Part shown: piece after piece, positions 49,376 through 61,000 of the stretch | Position numbering within the stretch: position 1 is the stretch's first letter | How the letters are laid out: every line of letters begins with the position of its first letter | Assembly: GCF_018977255.1 (NCBI RefSeq) | Contig: NW_024704742.1 | Span: forward strand, 79,424,001 to 79,488,000 | DNA: 64,000 bases | Direction: 5' to 3' | Origin: Callorhinchus milii | Taxonomy: Eukaryota | The notes under the pieces: generated by a model | The model's database searches: none | What the model saw: the letters and a program-made list of their open reading frames with translations, nothing else | Told to the model about the DNA's origin: nothing | Program-made: the position numbers and the translations under genes

Positions 49376-50049
49376 GAGGGCTAGCCAATATTGAGGTCTA
49401 CCTTTTAGATTCACAAAAGCGTTCGTAAATTTGAATCTGGAACTCCCCTCGGACACTGATCTCCTGCTGGGTGTCGAGGACACAGATCTGGAAGTCAAAG
49501 ATGAGATTAGCATCACGTACAATTTTGCATCTAGGCATGTGCAGGATTGACTACTCACTAATCCTTTTGAAAATCGCTCAATTACAACCCATTGGTTCCT
49601 GTATTGTAAACCTTTGAAACCATTTATCACAATAATGTCTGTAATCAGATGGACAGATGCATTATTGCATTGTTTTCCCCAGCAGTGAATGCTTTTTATT
49701 CTATCAGAAACTCAGCATATATTGAATTTTGTTTATTTCTGAATGTGGAGAGATTAGATTATTCACTTCAGTCCTGTTGAATTAGATTTGTCATCTTTGT
49801 TTTTACCTCCACCACTTCAAGTGAGTATTATGCTGAATGGTGACAAAGAATGGAACAATGATTTTAACTCGAGTAAAGCACAGGTAAAATATCTACTCAT
49901 TCCTTGTCCAAATCCCAACTTCAGAAAAGTCCCTCTGCAACAACACTGCCATTTCATGCTTAATTTCTCACCTCCATTTTCTCACCTCACTAACACTAGT
50001 GAGAAATGTGCTCAGTTGTGCATATTGAGTATAGAATGATGCACAAATC

Positions 50050-50830
50050 CAGCTCAGTTGGTAGCACTTTTGCCACTGATTCAGGTTAAAGCCCCATTTG
50101 GAATTTTGCATTCATAGTATATGTTGGAGAGTGTGGCATTGTCAGAGATGCTCTCCTCATGGCACTTTTCGAAAAGAGAAAGAAGTTTCTCCCGGTGTCC
50201 TGACCAACAATTTCCCAGATAAAATTGATGATTCACTTCATGGCTGTTTGTGAGGTAATTCCATGTGCCACATTTACCTACAATTACAAAGTCACTGCAT
50301 TTTACATCTCGATTACCTGATAAGGTATTGTGTCAAATGCAAGGATAAAACCACATTCAATCAATTAGGCTGAGCAAAGAAACAGTTTTCTGATTTTGAC
50401 CCATACTCATGAGGAAGTTTAGACATTTGAATAGAAGACCCACTTCACTGGGTCACGCAGCGGTAGGTTCATGCCTCAGAGACGGAAACTCATATATAAG
50501 GCTGGCATGTGGGGCAGGGGCTGAGCACTACATCGCTGGAAGTCCTGCTATTTCGATGACACATAATCAAAGTTGCTTTCTGTGTATTCAGGTTGATGGT
50601 AATGATCCAATGACAATACCTGTTAAAAAGTGAGAGACCTGGTATCCGCCAAGAATTGTTCAGATAAATTTGTTGTTCACTTCATGGCATGTTTGTGGAT
50701 CAGTGCATTGTCTTGGTGACTGGCATATATGCCTATAAATATACAGTCACATTCATTGTGATTACCTGTGGAGTGCTTTGAGACATTTTGACTTGATAGG
50801 CTGTACCTCAAATGCAAAGATTATTTTTTA
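50050..50830 (+). mobile_element. Two decayed Deu-SINE copies (50050-50350, 50580-50830)
   Basis: gctcagttggtagcact head; cacttcatggc...tttgtg cores; tcaaatgcaa tails. Confidence 0.7.
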
Positions 50831-51577
50831 TACTTTCAAGAAAGATTTCAATATCTGCATGTTGCTTTCTCTTTCTTTTCCTTTTGTTCTCTCTTTCACT
50901 CTCTCCCTCTCTCCTCTCTCCTCACTGACGTCTCTTTCTCTGTCCCAGTCCTGGAATGTAGAGGCTGTTTTCCTAATCCTGAGCATTAGTTTGTCAATAT
51001 TTTCTAACTGCAGATATGAAGTTACCAGAATAGAGACAAATACCCACTTACTCAGTTTCTATGGGCTCTCATTTGATTCCAATCTCGTCACCTTTTGCAT
51101 GGGCAACACTTTGTTTTCAACACATTGATTTGCAGACTAACTTGATTGTCTTTCTTTTGATTCAAAACATTGCTCAAGATTTTGCAACCTCTGGTATAAA
51201 GCAGACATTTTAAAAGGCTTCTCACAAGTGACAAAACAACACTCAGCATGTCAAAATCACAAATGAATTGAGATGGTGGCTGCCTCACTATCCTGGGGCT
51301 TGGGGAATGCTGGATAGATATATGAGAAAGTCATATGATTAGATTTCTAAAAAAGAGATAAATGCACCCCTGCAGCAAAAAGTCATGAGTGTGCAATAGA
51401 ATTGACCGGGATGAGCAATATGCTTGCAGCTACCATGTAGAATGCGATATTCTATCTGGCTTTCATTGCATCCCTCCATCTTCTCTTGCTCAGGGATTCG
51501 TGTTCCTGTCACAGTCATGGATGAGCCAAATGCAACAGGGAGGACACGCAGTATTGACTGTGTGATTTTTTTGAAAT

Positions 51578-53075
51578 AACAACAACTTGCACTTAGATAG
51601 CGCCCTCCACGCCAGGTGGAATCTCAGAGCGCTTAACAATGCTGGAGCCCAAGACCGAGCCAGGGGGAGGGTGAAGGTGACCAGAGGCACAGTCGAAAAG
51701 GAAGGCCTTCAGGCATGACCTGAAGATAAAAATAATAATAAATAAAATTGTTGCATTTGATATCGCGCCTTCTCAAATCGTCAAGACATCTCAAAGATGG
51801 GGAAGATGGGGGCGAGGCAAAGGGTTTGAGGGAGGGAGTTCCAAAGTTTCACGGCATAGTGGCTGAAGGCACAGCCGCCGATGGTGGAGCGGAGGATTCG
51901 GGGGACATGGAGGAGGCTGGAGCCAGTAAAGCGAAGGCAGAGGGTACTGCTGTGGTGAGAGAGGAGGTTAGAGAGATAGGGGGGTGCCAAGCAATGGAGG
52001 GATTTAAACACTAGAATGAGGATCTTGAAGTCAATCCGTTGTGTGACAGGAAGCCAGTGGAGTTTGGCAAGGACTGGTGGTGTTTGGTGCGAGTGAGAAT
52101 GCAGGCGGTGGAGTTTTCAAAGAGCTGAATTTTGTGAATAGTGGAGGAGGGGAGACCGGCGAGGAGGGGGTTAGAGTAGTCCAGCCGAGAGGTGACAAAG
52201 GCATGGAAAAGGGTTTTGGCAGTTTTTGGGGTGAGGTATTGTTGGAGCTGGGCAATGAGGTGGAGGAAAGCGGTGCTGGTCATGGACTGGATGTGGGGGA
52301 GGAAGGATAACTGGAGATTGAACCTGACGTCTAAGTTGCGCACCGGTTCAGAGAGTTTTAAGGACAGATCGGTAGCGTTGAAGAGGTCGGAACCGTGGGA
52401 CAGAAGACATCGGTGGGAGCCAAAGAGTATGGCTTCCGTCCTGTTGACGTTTAACTGCAGGAAATTTGCACTCATCCAGCTCCTGATGTCTGACAGACAA
52501 GCTCGGAGAACTTCAGGGGATTGGGGATCGCAGCTGGAGGCGGAAACATAAAGTTGAGTGTCATCCGCATACATGTGGAAGTTAACCCCGTATCTACAGA
52601 AGACATCACTGAGAGGGAGCATGTAGATGAGGAAGAGAAGGGGGCCAAGGATGGATTCTTGGGGTACCCCGCAGGTGACCAGGTGGAAGCGCAGAGAAAA
52701 GCCATTTGCAGAAATGTAATGCTGGCAGTTTGTAAGGTAGGACTTGAACCAAGCAAATGCGATCCCACTGAGGTCCATGACGGAGGAAATGCAGTGGAGG
52801 AGGATGGCGTAATCGACTGTGTTGAACTGGGCAGAGAGGTCCAGAAGTACAAGGAGGCAGAGGGAGCCCTGGTCACAGATAGAGAGGATATCTTTTGTGA
52901 CCTTTACGAGCGCTGTCTCTGTACTGTGGGCAGAGTGGAAACCAGACTGGAGGGGTTTGAGTAGGGTGTGCAGGGTGAGGTGTGCGCAAAGGTATTTAGC
53001 AACAACGTTTTCCAGAGCTTTGGCAAGGAAGGGTAGGTTTGAGATAGGTTTGAAATATTTCCAGTCTGCCTTTAC
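51578..53075 (-). mobile_element. L2 LINE, ~1.5 kb 3' portion with RT domain; SINE tail inserted at 51728-51796
   Basis: (caa)n tail at 51578; minus ORFs 51781-52011 and 52011-53081. Confidence 0.95.
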
Positions 53076-53081
53076 AACCAA
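52011..53081 (-). pseudogene. L2 ORF2 reverse-transcriptase fragment (356-aa open stretch, degenerate)
   Basis: KPISNLPFLAKALE, QSGFHSAHSTETAL, LLDLSAQFNTVD, GVPQESILGPLLF, YADDTQLY; no endonuclease domain, substitutions in conserved motifs, frameshift at the C-terminus. Confidence 0.9.
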
Positions 53082-53226
53082 TTGTGCAGATTTCTAGATT
53101 TTGTCTCCCCAAAATGCCAGTCAGTGGAAGTGATAGAATTATCACTAAACTCCATTTTATCACTGTAAAGGAAGTATTAACACACTGTATGTAGCATCCA
53201 CTTTCATTTGTTGGCCATGTTATTCG

Positions 53227-53760
53227 GGCTCAGTTGGTAGCACTCTCATTCTAAGCCAGAAGGTTTTGGGTTAAAGCCCTAAATTGAGACTTGGAATTCT
53301 TATCGTCTTAAAATGACTCTCCAGTGCAGTGCTGGGGGTGTGCTGCATCACTGGAGGAAACATTAAACCAAGGCCCACTCCTCCCTATTCAGATGATGGT
53401 TACTGATCCCATGGCAACTAACCAAAAAAAGAAAAGGGAGTTCCTCTCAGTGTCCTGTCCAACAATCCCCCAAATTAAATTGGTCATTCACTTGGCTGTT
53501 TGTAGGACATTGCTGTGCAAATTGATTGACAGGTTAGCCCACAAAATAAACTTTACAATAATAGTAATTCTTGCATTTGATATAGCGCCTTATCATGTCT
53601 TTGAGACGTCTCAAAGCAATTCACAGAATATACTATAAACTGAATTGACTGTAATATTTTGTGGGAAAAATCCACTTTAGTGTATATCCTGTGAAGCGCA
53701 TTGAGACATTCTTCCGAGGTAAAAAGTGCCATTTCAAACAAAAGGATTATTATTGTTATT
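53227..53760 (+). mobile_element. Older Deu-SINE with an antisense SINE tail nested at 53556-53670
   Basis: ggctcagttggtagcactctc head; body to 53550; tail resumes at 53670 (cactttagtgtatatcctgtgaagcgc). Confidence 0.85.
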
Positions 53761-54166
53761 ATTTGCCAATTTCTACTGGATCTTATTTTGTGTAGCCAGA
53801 AAGATAGTTTTATTGCCTGTTCCATGCCCAAGTAAAGCACTGTGGTGATTTCATCCACCACACATTGTTAGAAGTACTTCCTATTTCCTTGTAATCGGCC
53901 AGGGTTTTGCATTTAATTCTACATTTTAAATAGTTCTTTTACAAAGGGTAATATATGGCCAGAAATCATCTGCTACGCAATTAATTGAAGCTTGAAGATC
54001 TGCAACTGCATTCCCACATCAATTTAGATGTAAACACAATTATATGTTAACAATGAAAGCACGTTATTGAAATCTAATATGTCATTGTTCAATAACAACA
54101 GTGAATTTCCACACTAAAATCCTATGCACAATAGTGGATATACTGCTATTGTATGCATTTTTTTTC

Positions 54167-54440
54167 TTAGCTGGACAAGCAGCAGAAAGCTTGCCAGCCA
54201 GTGCTCTGAATAGCAAAAAAAGTAGTTTAGCTGGTTGAACTCTAGCAGCGTGCTAACCACACTGAGGGGTTCCCACACCTTTGCTCGTGCCAAGCTGCGC
54301 TAATACTCTCTGGTATTAATAAGCAGAATGTCCCCTCCAGGGAGAGAGTGTGCATTCCACTCTAGGCACAGGAAAATTTCCATGTGTAGGTGGATACTCT
54401 TAGCATGGTGATGGGTTTCCGTACATATCAAACACTAAGC
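54167..54440 (+). mobile_element. Unclassified repeat, second long copy
   Basis: tagctggacaagcagcagaaagctt...gtttagctggtt...ccctccagggagagag...gcattcca...ggatactctta matches 9752-10060. Confidence 0.75.
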
Positions 54441-54879
54441 TGCCCTCCTTTCCTTGCACTAAAATAGCCATTCTCTATCTGGACAGTGATGACATTAAAG
54501 GGAACGATGAAGGGGGTGTGGCATTGCGATTAAAAATAAAAAATAAAAATTTATTGGAATGCAATAAACTGGTAGAGCAGGCTTGAAGGCCACCTCTTGT
54601 TCCTGTTTCCCTATGTTCCTATTACAATCAGGTATTTATTTCCAAATAAATGAAAATTAGATAAATAAAGGAAAAATGCCGACTTTTTAAAAGGTGCTTG
54701 AATGGATTTTGTGTCTATCAGGCTAACTGCAGTTGATACACTTCTTTCAGTTAAGGAACTCCTTCCCACTTGATCGCGTCAGTTTGCAACATGCACAAAA
54801 TTAAATCATCAAAACTTTTGTCAATATTCTGAAATGCACCAAATGAATTTAGGGAATGTAACAATAATATTTTACAATT

Positions 54880-55030
54880 TACAACAAGTTGAATTTATAT
54901 AGCGCACCTCTCGCAGGATAGCGTCACAGAGAACTTGACAGTGACGGAGCATGGAGACAGGTCAGGGGGATGGGAGGAGGGGAAGATGACTGTAGGCACG
55001 ATTGGAGAGGAAAGCCTTCGGGCGTGTCTA
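54880..55030 (-). mobile_element. L2 3' end fragment
   Basis: acaacaagttgaatttatatagcgc...gaaagccttcgggcg. Confidence 0.7.
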
Positions 55031-55999
55031 AAATTTACACAAATTGCACAATTTTCCTTTGTCCATTAAGGCTTCCGGACAAGATGAACGTTTCTCTTAA
55101 GTGCTACCTCTTTGTTGGATAAACTGTTAAATAACTGCAATAATGGGTACAGTTGACTGACTGTATGTTTAATCATTCTGGAAGGTGCACAGTGAATCTG
55201 GCCAGTGTGGAGGCAATTTGGACAGTGCTCACTAAGCTCTTTGGTGATGTGAAGCCTCGGATGGTAGCACAGGTGGCAAATTGTGGCATGAGTGAGTAAG
55301 GAGGCCGACATACCATTATTGTAAATTGTGACTGTCATTTGTTTGGGTGCTGTGGATGGGAATCCTGGCTCGAGCACAAATAGTTTCTGCAAATGTGCAC
55401 GTTTATCAGGATTCATCTGTGTCTGTGTTTTGTGATGGTTCTGCTACTCCACTTCTGATGATGGAAACAAATCTAAACTTGTATCTAAATAGAAAAGAAC
55501 AGAAAGGAGATGCTAGGAGCTGGGCATCAAAGAACTTTCATCCTTTTGCCCAACACCCATGTAAAAGTTGCAGTTACTACCATTTATCATTGGTTTAATC
55601 ACAAGAATATATCACTCTTAAGTAGATCATTTCATCATAATCTGTTTTCCCCCTTTTCGCTCTGATTTGCTCATCTCTTGAAGGTGTTGATTGAGTTTTG
55701 GGCTTTGGTTCCAAGGATAGTTCCCCAAATGGCCTTTATCTGAACATACAGGCAGTGGGGTCTCATTTGTAGGATTTGCTAACTGGATTCATGTTATAGG
55801 GGCTGAGTCCCACATTAGAAATTCTGCAAGTAACTGAAAAATGCACCACACCAATCACAGGGAATCTTGCTTGCTCCGGCGTGCCCCAAAGTAAAATTGG
55901 GAAATTCGCTAGGGGTCAGTGGGCTTTGCTCCCTTTTACCCAAGTGAAGTGAATGTTGATGGTTTATGAAGGACAACCTGCCACTCATACATACACGTT

Positions 56000-56110
56000 G
56001 CACTCACAAAATATACAGTCAATTCACCTTACAGTCTATTCCATGAAGTGCTTTGAGATGTCTCAAAAACACGATAAGGTGCTATATCACATACGAGGAT
56101 TAGTATTATT
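56000..56110 (+). mobile_element. Deu-SINE 3' tail
   Basis: cacaaaatatacagtcaattcacc...gataaggtgctatatc. Confidence 0.8.
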
Positions 56111-56869
56111 ATATATGGACACAGTGGACGTTCAACAGACATCACTAGAGAATGTATCATTACTATGAACGCCTCTCTACTCCAGGAGTACATAGGCTAA
56201 TTGTTGTACCCCTTCCACTGCCCATCTCAGACAAATATACCTCGGTACATTTGAGGAATTGCTATGGTCTCCTTTTAAGATACATTTACACTAGTTCATC
56301 ATGATAATAATTTTGCATTTGTTTGTTATTGTGCCTTAACATGCTGACAAAACATTGTAAAAGCACACTCCAAACATAAGCTATCTGAAATGCTACCCCC
56401 ATGTGAAATGTGTGTATTTATTTCACATTATTGTCTCATGATGTGTTTTGTGTTTTCTTTCTTGCTTGTCTTCCATATTTCTTTATGGCTAAACATTCTC
56501 ACAAAAATGAAACAGCTGATTACTCAGATGTAGTGCAGTGGGCACAAAGCCTGAGAGCTGGTGCCAAACAGGTGCCAACTTTGGCTGCAGAATGCAGCAG
56601 GCAATCACTTTTGGAACCAAATGCATAACTGTTTTGAGTATGTTCCTAAAGACTTTACCAACGCAGTTTGTTGAGTGTAAATGAATACACACGTCTTGAC
56701 AACGTGAGCGAAGGGTTATATACAACATTGATCAGTGTCACCGCTCTCTAAATATACCTATATCTTTTTCTCTATCTTTCTCTTTCTCTTTCGAAACAAT
56801 AAAACCGTGTTATAGTGCACTTTGTTACAACATCGTTTTTTTATAGCGTGGATGGATGTGGATCCCAAC

Positions 56870-57170
56870 AGTTACATAGACTGACCAGTATGGAAACAAG
56901 CCATTTGGCCCAGCTAATCCGTGCCGGTGTTTATACTCTACGTGAGCCTCCACCCACTCCTTATTTCCCTCCCAATACCCTTGTATTCCCCTCTCTCTCT
57001 CTCTCTCTCATGTGAAGGTCTAGCTTCCTCTTAGATGCAAATGCATTATCTGATTCAACCATCGCTTCGGACAAAAAATTCCACATTCACATTATGCTTG
57101 GCATGAAGAATTTCCAACAAAATCTCTTTTAGATCGGCTAGTCACTATATTATACTAGTGTCTCCTGGTG
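56870..57170 (-). mobile_element. CR1 3' end fragment
   Basis: gtatggaaacaagccatttggcccagc...attccacattcac. Confidence 0.7.
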
Positions 57171-57233
57171 AAAGACTCACCAACGCAGTTACTTACACCA
57201 ATAATTTGTGACGACACTATCCGTCGCTACCGC

Positions 57234-58095
57234 AGAATCATAGAATGTAGAATTACACAGCACAGAAGGAGGACATTTGGCCCATTGTGTCTGTGCCAGC
57301 TTTCAAAAGAGCTACCCAATTCAATGTATTCCAGATCCGAACAACTCACTGTGTGAAAACAATTCTCCTCACCTCTGCTCTGTTTCTTTTAACAACTATT
57401 ATAAATCAGTGTCCTCGGGTTACTTACCCAACCACCAGTGGAAATGTTTCTCCTTTTTCACCCTATCGAATCCCCTCATAATTTTGAAAACTTCTATTAA
57501 GTGTCCTCTTAACCATCTCTGCTCCAAGGAGAATAACCCTAGCTTCTCTGGCCTCTCCTGTTAACTGAAGTCCCTTATTCCTGGTACCATCCTGGTAAAT
57601 CTCTGTTGCACCCTCTCCAATGCCTTGACATTCTTCCTAAAGTGTAGTGCTCAGAACTAAACACACTACTCTAGTTGAGTTCTAACCAGTGTTTTATAAA
57701 GGTTCATCATAACTTCCTGACTTTTGTATTCTATGCCCCTATTTATAAAGCCAAGTATGCCATATGCTTTTTTAACAGCTTTATCTACCTGTCCTGACGC
57801 CTTCAGAGATTTACTTATATGAGCCCCAGGTCTCTCTGTTCCTTCACCGCCTTTAAGATTGTACCATCGGCTTATATTGCCTCTCCTTATTCTTCCTCCC
57901 AAAATGCATCACTTTGCATTTCTCCACATTAAACTTCATCTGCCACGTGTCGGCCCATTTTACCAGTCTGTCTATGTCTATTTGCAGTCTGTTACTATCC
58001 TCCTCACTGTTTACTACTTTTCCTATCTTAGTATCCTATGCAAATTTGGAAATTGTACTCCCTATACCCAAGTCCAGATCATTTATATAGATCAC
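57234..58095 (-). mobile_element. CR1 LINE 3' ~860 bp
   Basis: Minus ORF 57666-57902 QVDKAVKKAYGILGFINRGIEYKSQEVMMNLYKTLVRTQLE; same subfamily as 101-645 and 40798-41765. Confidence 0.95.
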
Positions 58096-58819
58096 AAAGC
58101 TATATATCACTCTACTTCTTGTAGGTTGTTGTTGTATTTCTTTCAGTTTCTTTTTCTTTCTCCATTGTCTGTCTCCATATATGTCTTCCTTCCCCATCCC
58201 CCAAAGAGGGCAGGATTGTGAAGGGCACTTTTGAGACAGAAACCAGAGTATTTATGTACCTCTGAGCGAAGGGTTGTATACAACATTGATTAGTGTCGTC
58301 TCTCTATATATACCTATATCTGTTTCTCTGTCTTTCTAATCAACAACTGATTATGGTTGTCTGGAAGGGTGAATGAGATCAGAATACTGGATTAATTTTA
58401 GAAACAGCTTAATTCTTTTATAATAGTTTATAGGAAGAAGATGGAGTGAGTATTCTGGCATGATGAGATTAAATGGCAAAAGGACTTTCTTTATCCAATT
58501 CTCTCTTGTCATTTCATTCCCATCTCAGATGGGAATGAAATAGTTGGGATGGAATAGTTGGGTTTAACTCAACCCAAAGAAGAAGATATGTGAATTATAT
58601 TTTACTGAACTGGAACAATTTCACCAATTTAGTTCCAGGGTCTGATGCTATTTTGTTTGCCTCTTTAGCACATCCTCATTATTACAGGAAGAGGGAAAGC
58701 TTCACAAAGCATTTTTATAATTTACGATCTTTTATATTTTTGTCCAAACAGATAGGAACCCAAAAAAATTGCATAAATGATTTGATCAATTGAAAATTAA
58801 ACACTCTGAGAATGTTGGA

Positions 58820-58972
58820 TTCAAACATACACACAAAAACATTCAAACATACACAACACACACAAACTCAAATAAAAACACACACACATGTGCACTCAAA
58901 AATACACACCCAACCCATGACTTCAAACACAAACAAACACACACACACACACGTATTCAAACACACCCACCA
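58820..58972. repeat. CA-rich low-complexity tract
   Basis: Seen directly in the sequence. Confidence 0.8.
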
Positions 58973-60297
58973 TATAACAAGGATAAATTTCCCTTTACTC
59001 TAGGATTTGGCAAAATTCAGTCTTAACTTTGAAGCTGTTTTTTAAAGAACTTATAGGACACTGGCTTCAAAATTGGGGCAGTATTCAGGAATTTGATCGA
59101 AATTTTGAATGCTCAGAAATGCTAAGAAACATTGGGTCTTGATTTACTTTTAATATAGCAGTTTAGAGTGTCCAGAATTTGATGAATTGTTGAATTCAGA
59201 ATCACCTTTGAAGATGGTTTTCTGTAATTCTTAAAGATTACTAACAGAAAACAGGTTCCCAGATTAAGGAAATGTGCACATTACAGTTTTCACCAGACCC
59301 ATGCACTTAAGGAGCAATCAATCTGCTGGTTTAAGTTATTTGTCAGCAGTCTTTGAAAACTAACCATGAATTTTCTTTGAGGAATTATTACTGTCTGGCT
59401 ACAATACAAAAGACAACTTGTCATACAGTGGCATTTTTATTGGACAGACATAAGAACATTTTTGTGAGTATATTTCTAAATGAGGGTTCCCCTTTTCCAA
59501 GGTGAGAGATCGTGTTTTATTGCAAATATACTAATTTTTACACAAAAGACTCTCATGTGCACTAACTTAATGCATGAATGATTCAGACCAGGAAGACCTT
59601 TTTAAAAGCTACAACTTTTTTTTAATTGTCAGCCGGGTGTCTGACACATGCAGAAACCCATCACCATGCTTAAGTGTCAACCAAATTCAAACAATTTCTT
59701 GTGGTGCATCAGGAAGAGAGATCTGAGAAAAACATTCACCTGGAACTAGATTTACTCATAACGTAGCAGAATTTGGTGAATTGTTGAATTCAGATTCACC
59801 TTTTCACGTTTTCTGTAGTTCTTAAAAAATACTAATTTGCCAAATTTTAGATGCTCTTCAATGCTAAGAAAAAAAGAAAGTTATCTTAAGAGAGTAAATC
59901 TATTGTATTGTAAATGAAAGGCAATACTAGTGTAAATGAATAGTATTTGCCTTTGATATAGTGTCTCACATTGAAATTTCTCAAAAAGTTTCAGAGTTTG
60001 GTGAAAATGCAGGGATTGTGTATTTGTAGGCATATGTTGATACACAAGGTAATACATTCTGCTTAAATCTTAAACTGTATATTACGTATGAAATTCTAGT
60101 TATGATCCTTTTTAGAAAATGCCAGAGAAATTTCCCACACTTTTCTCCACCAGTTTGGGAATATAAAGACGGTAAACAAGCGGAAAAATCTAATTGAGAG
60201 TATTGTTTACTCCCTGCTGAAGCAATAATGGTTTGCTCAGCTCTGCACAACCCTCCAGAACACCTGCTGCCATATTCTATCACTTCTCGTCACATTA

Positions 60298-60618
60298 TGA
60301 TAATAACAATAACAATCCTTGCATTTAATATAGAGCTTTTCACATCTTCTTGATGTCTCAAAGCGCTTCACAGAATAGACTGTAAAGTGAATTGACCGTA
60401 TATTTGTGGGCGAAATGCGGCAGCCAATTGCGCACAGCAGTGTCCCACAAACAGTCGTGAATTGAAAATGTCCGATTTATTATTGTTCTTTGTTTTTGGA
60501 GGGATTATTATTAGGTGTGTGGAGTAAGGAAACTTGCCCAAGGTTTTGCCCTGCCTGGAATTAAACTCAGATGTCTCGCTTGCAAGGCGAGTGCTCTAAC
60601 CACTGAGCTACAGGACTC
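60298..60618 (-). mobile_element. Full-length young SINE with tRNA-Ala(TGC)-like head
   Basis: Minus 5' gagtcctgtagctcagtggttagagca-ctcgc-cttgcaa-gcgag...; TSD-like cacatta / cacataa at 60291 and 60619. Confidence 0.94.
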
Positions 60619-60699
60619 CACATAAAACTCCGCCATATGCAATTGAAGCCCTTGTGTTATCTCCAAGTTATCAATCATAAACAATTGTCTGTTATATTA

Positions 60700-61000
60700 T
60701 ACACATAAACCTCTTTGAACAAACCTATCCCTCTCCCCTGCCCTACTTCCTTGCTCGGTGTCCAACCCCACAAGACGTCTTGAAGATGTGGTAAGGCACT
60801 ATATAAATGCAAGGATCATTATTATTAAACCCCATCCCTATGAAGCACTATGAGACCTTACCCTATATGAAAAGCATGATATAAAATGTTGTTGTCATTG
60901 TACATTTCTAAATTCTGTCATGTTATGTTTAAACGCTTGGAGACGTCCTCTCGACTGGAAAGGTGCTATATGAATGTAAATTGCATTGTACTGTATATTA
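60700..61000 (+). mobile_element. Stack of short L2/SINE 3' tails
   Basis: Three successive tail motifs ending in att-, gtt- and attgt-type repeats. Confidence 0.7.

Larger units (their letters stand above)
56705..58337. repeat. Pair of ~76-bp direct repeats (56705-56781 and 58263-58337)
   Basis: tgagcgaagggtt(a/g)tatacaacattgat(c/t)agtgtc...tatacctatatct occurs twice. Confidence 0.85.

Noticed and set aside
52077..53097. Plus-strand and alternate-frame ORFs overlapping the L2 RT
   Set aside because: Shadow ORFs of GC-rich L2 coding sequence.
60545..60618. Functional tRNA-Ala gene (also 29495-29560)
   Set aside because: The anticodon arm is present but the acceptor stem is not, and the sequence runs into a SINE body and tail; it is a SINE head.
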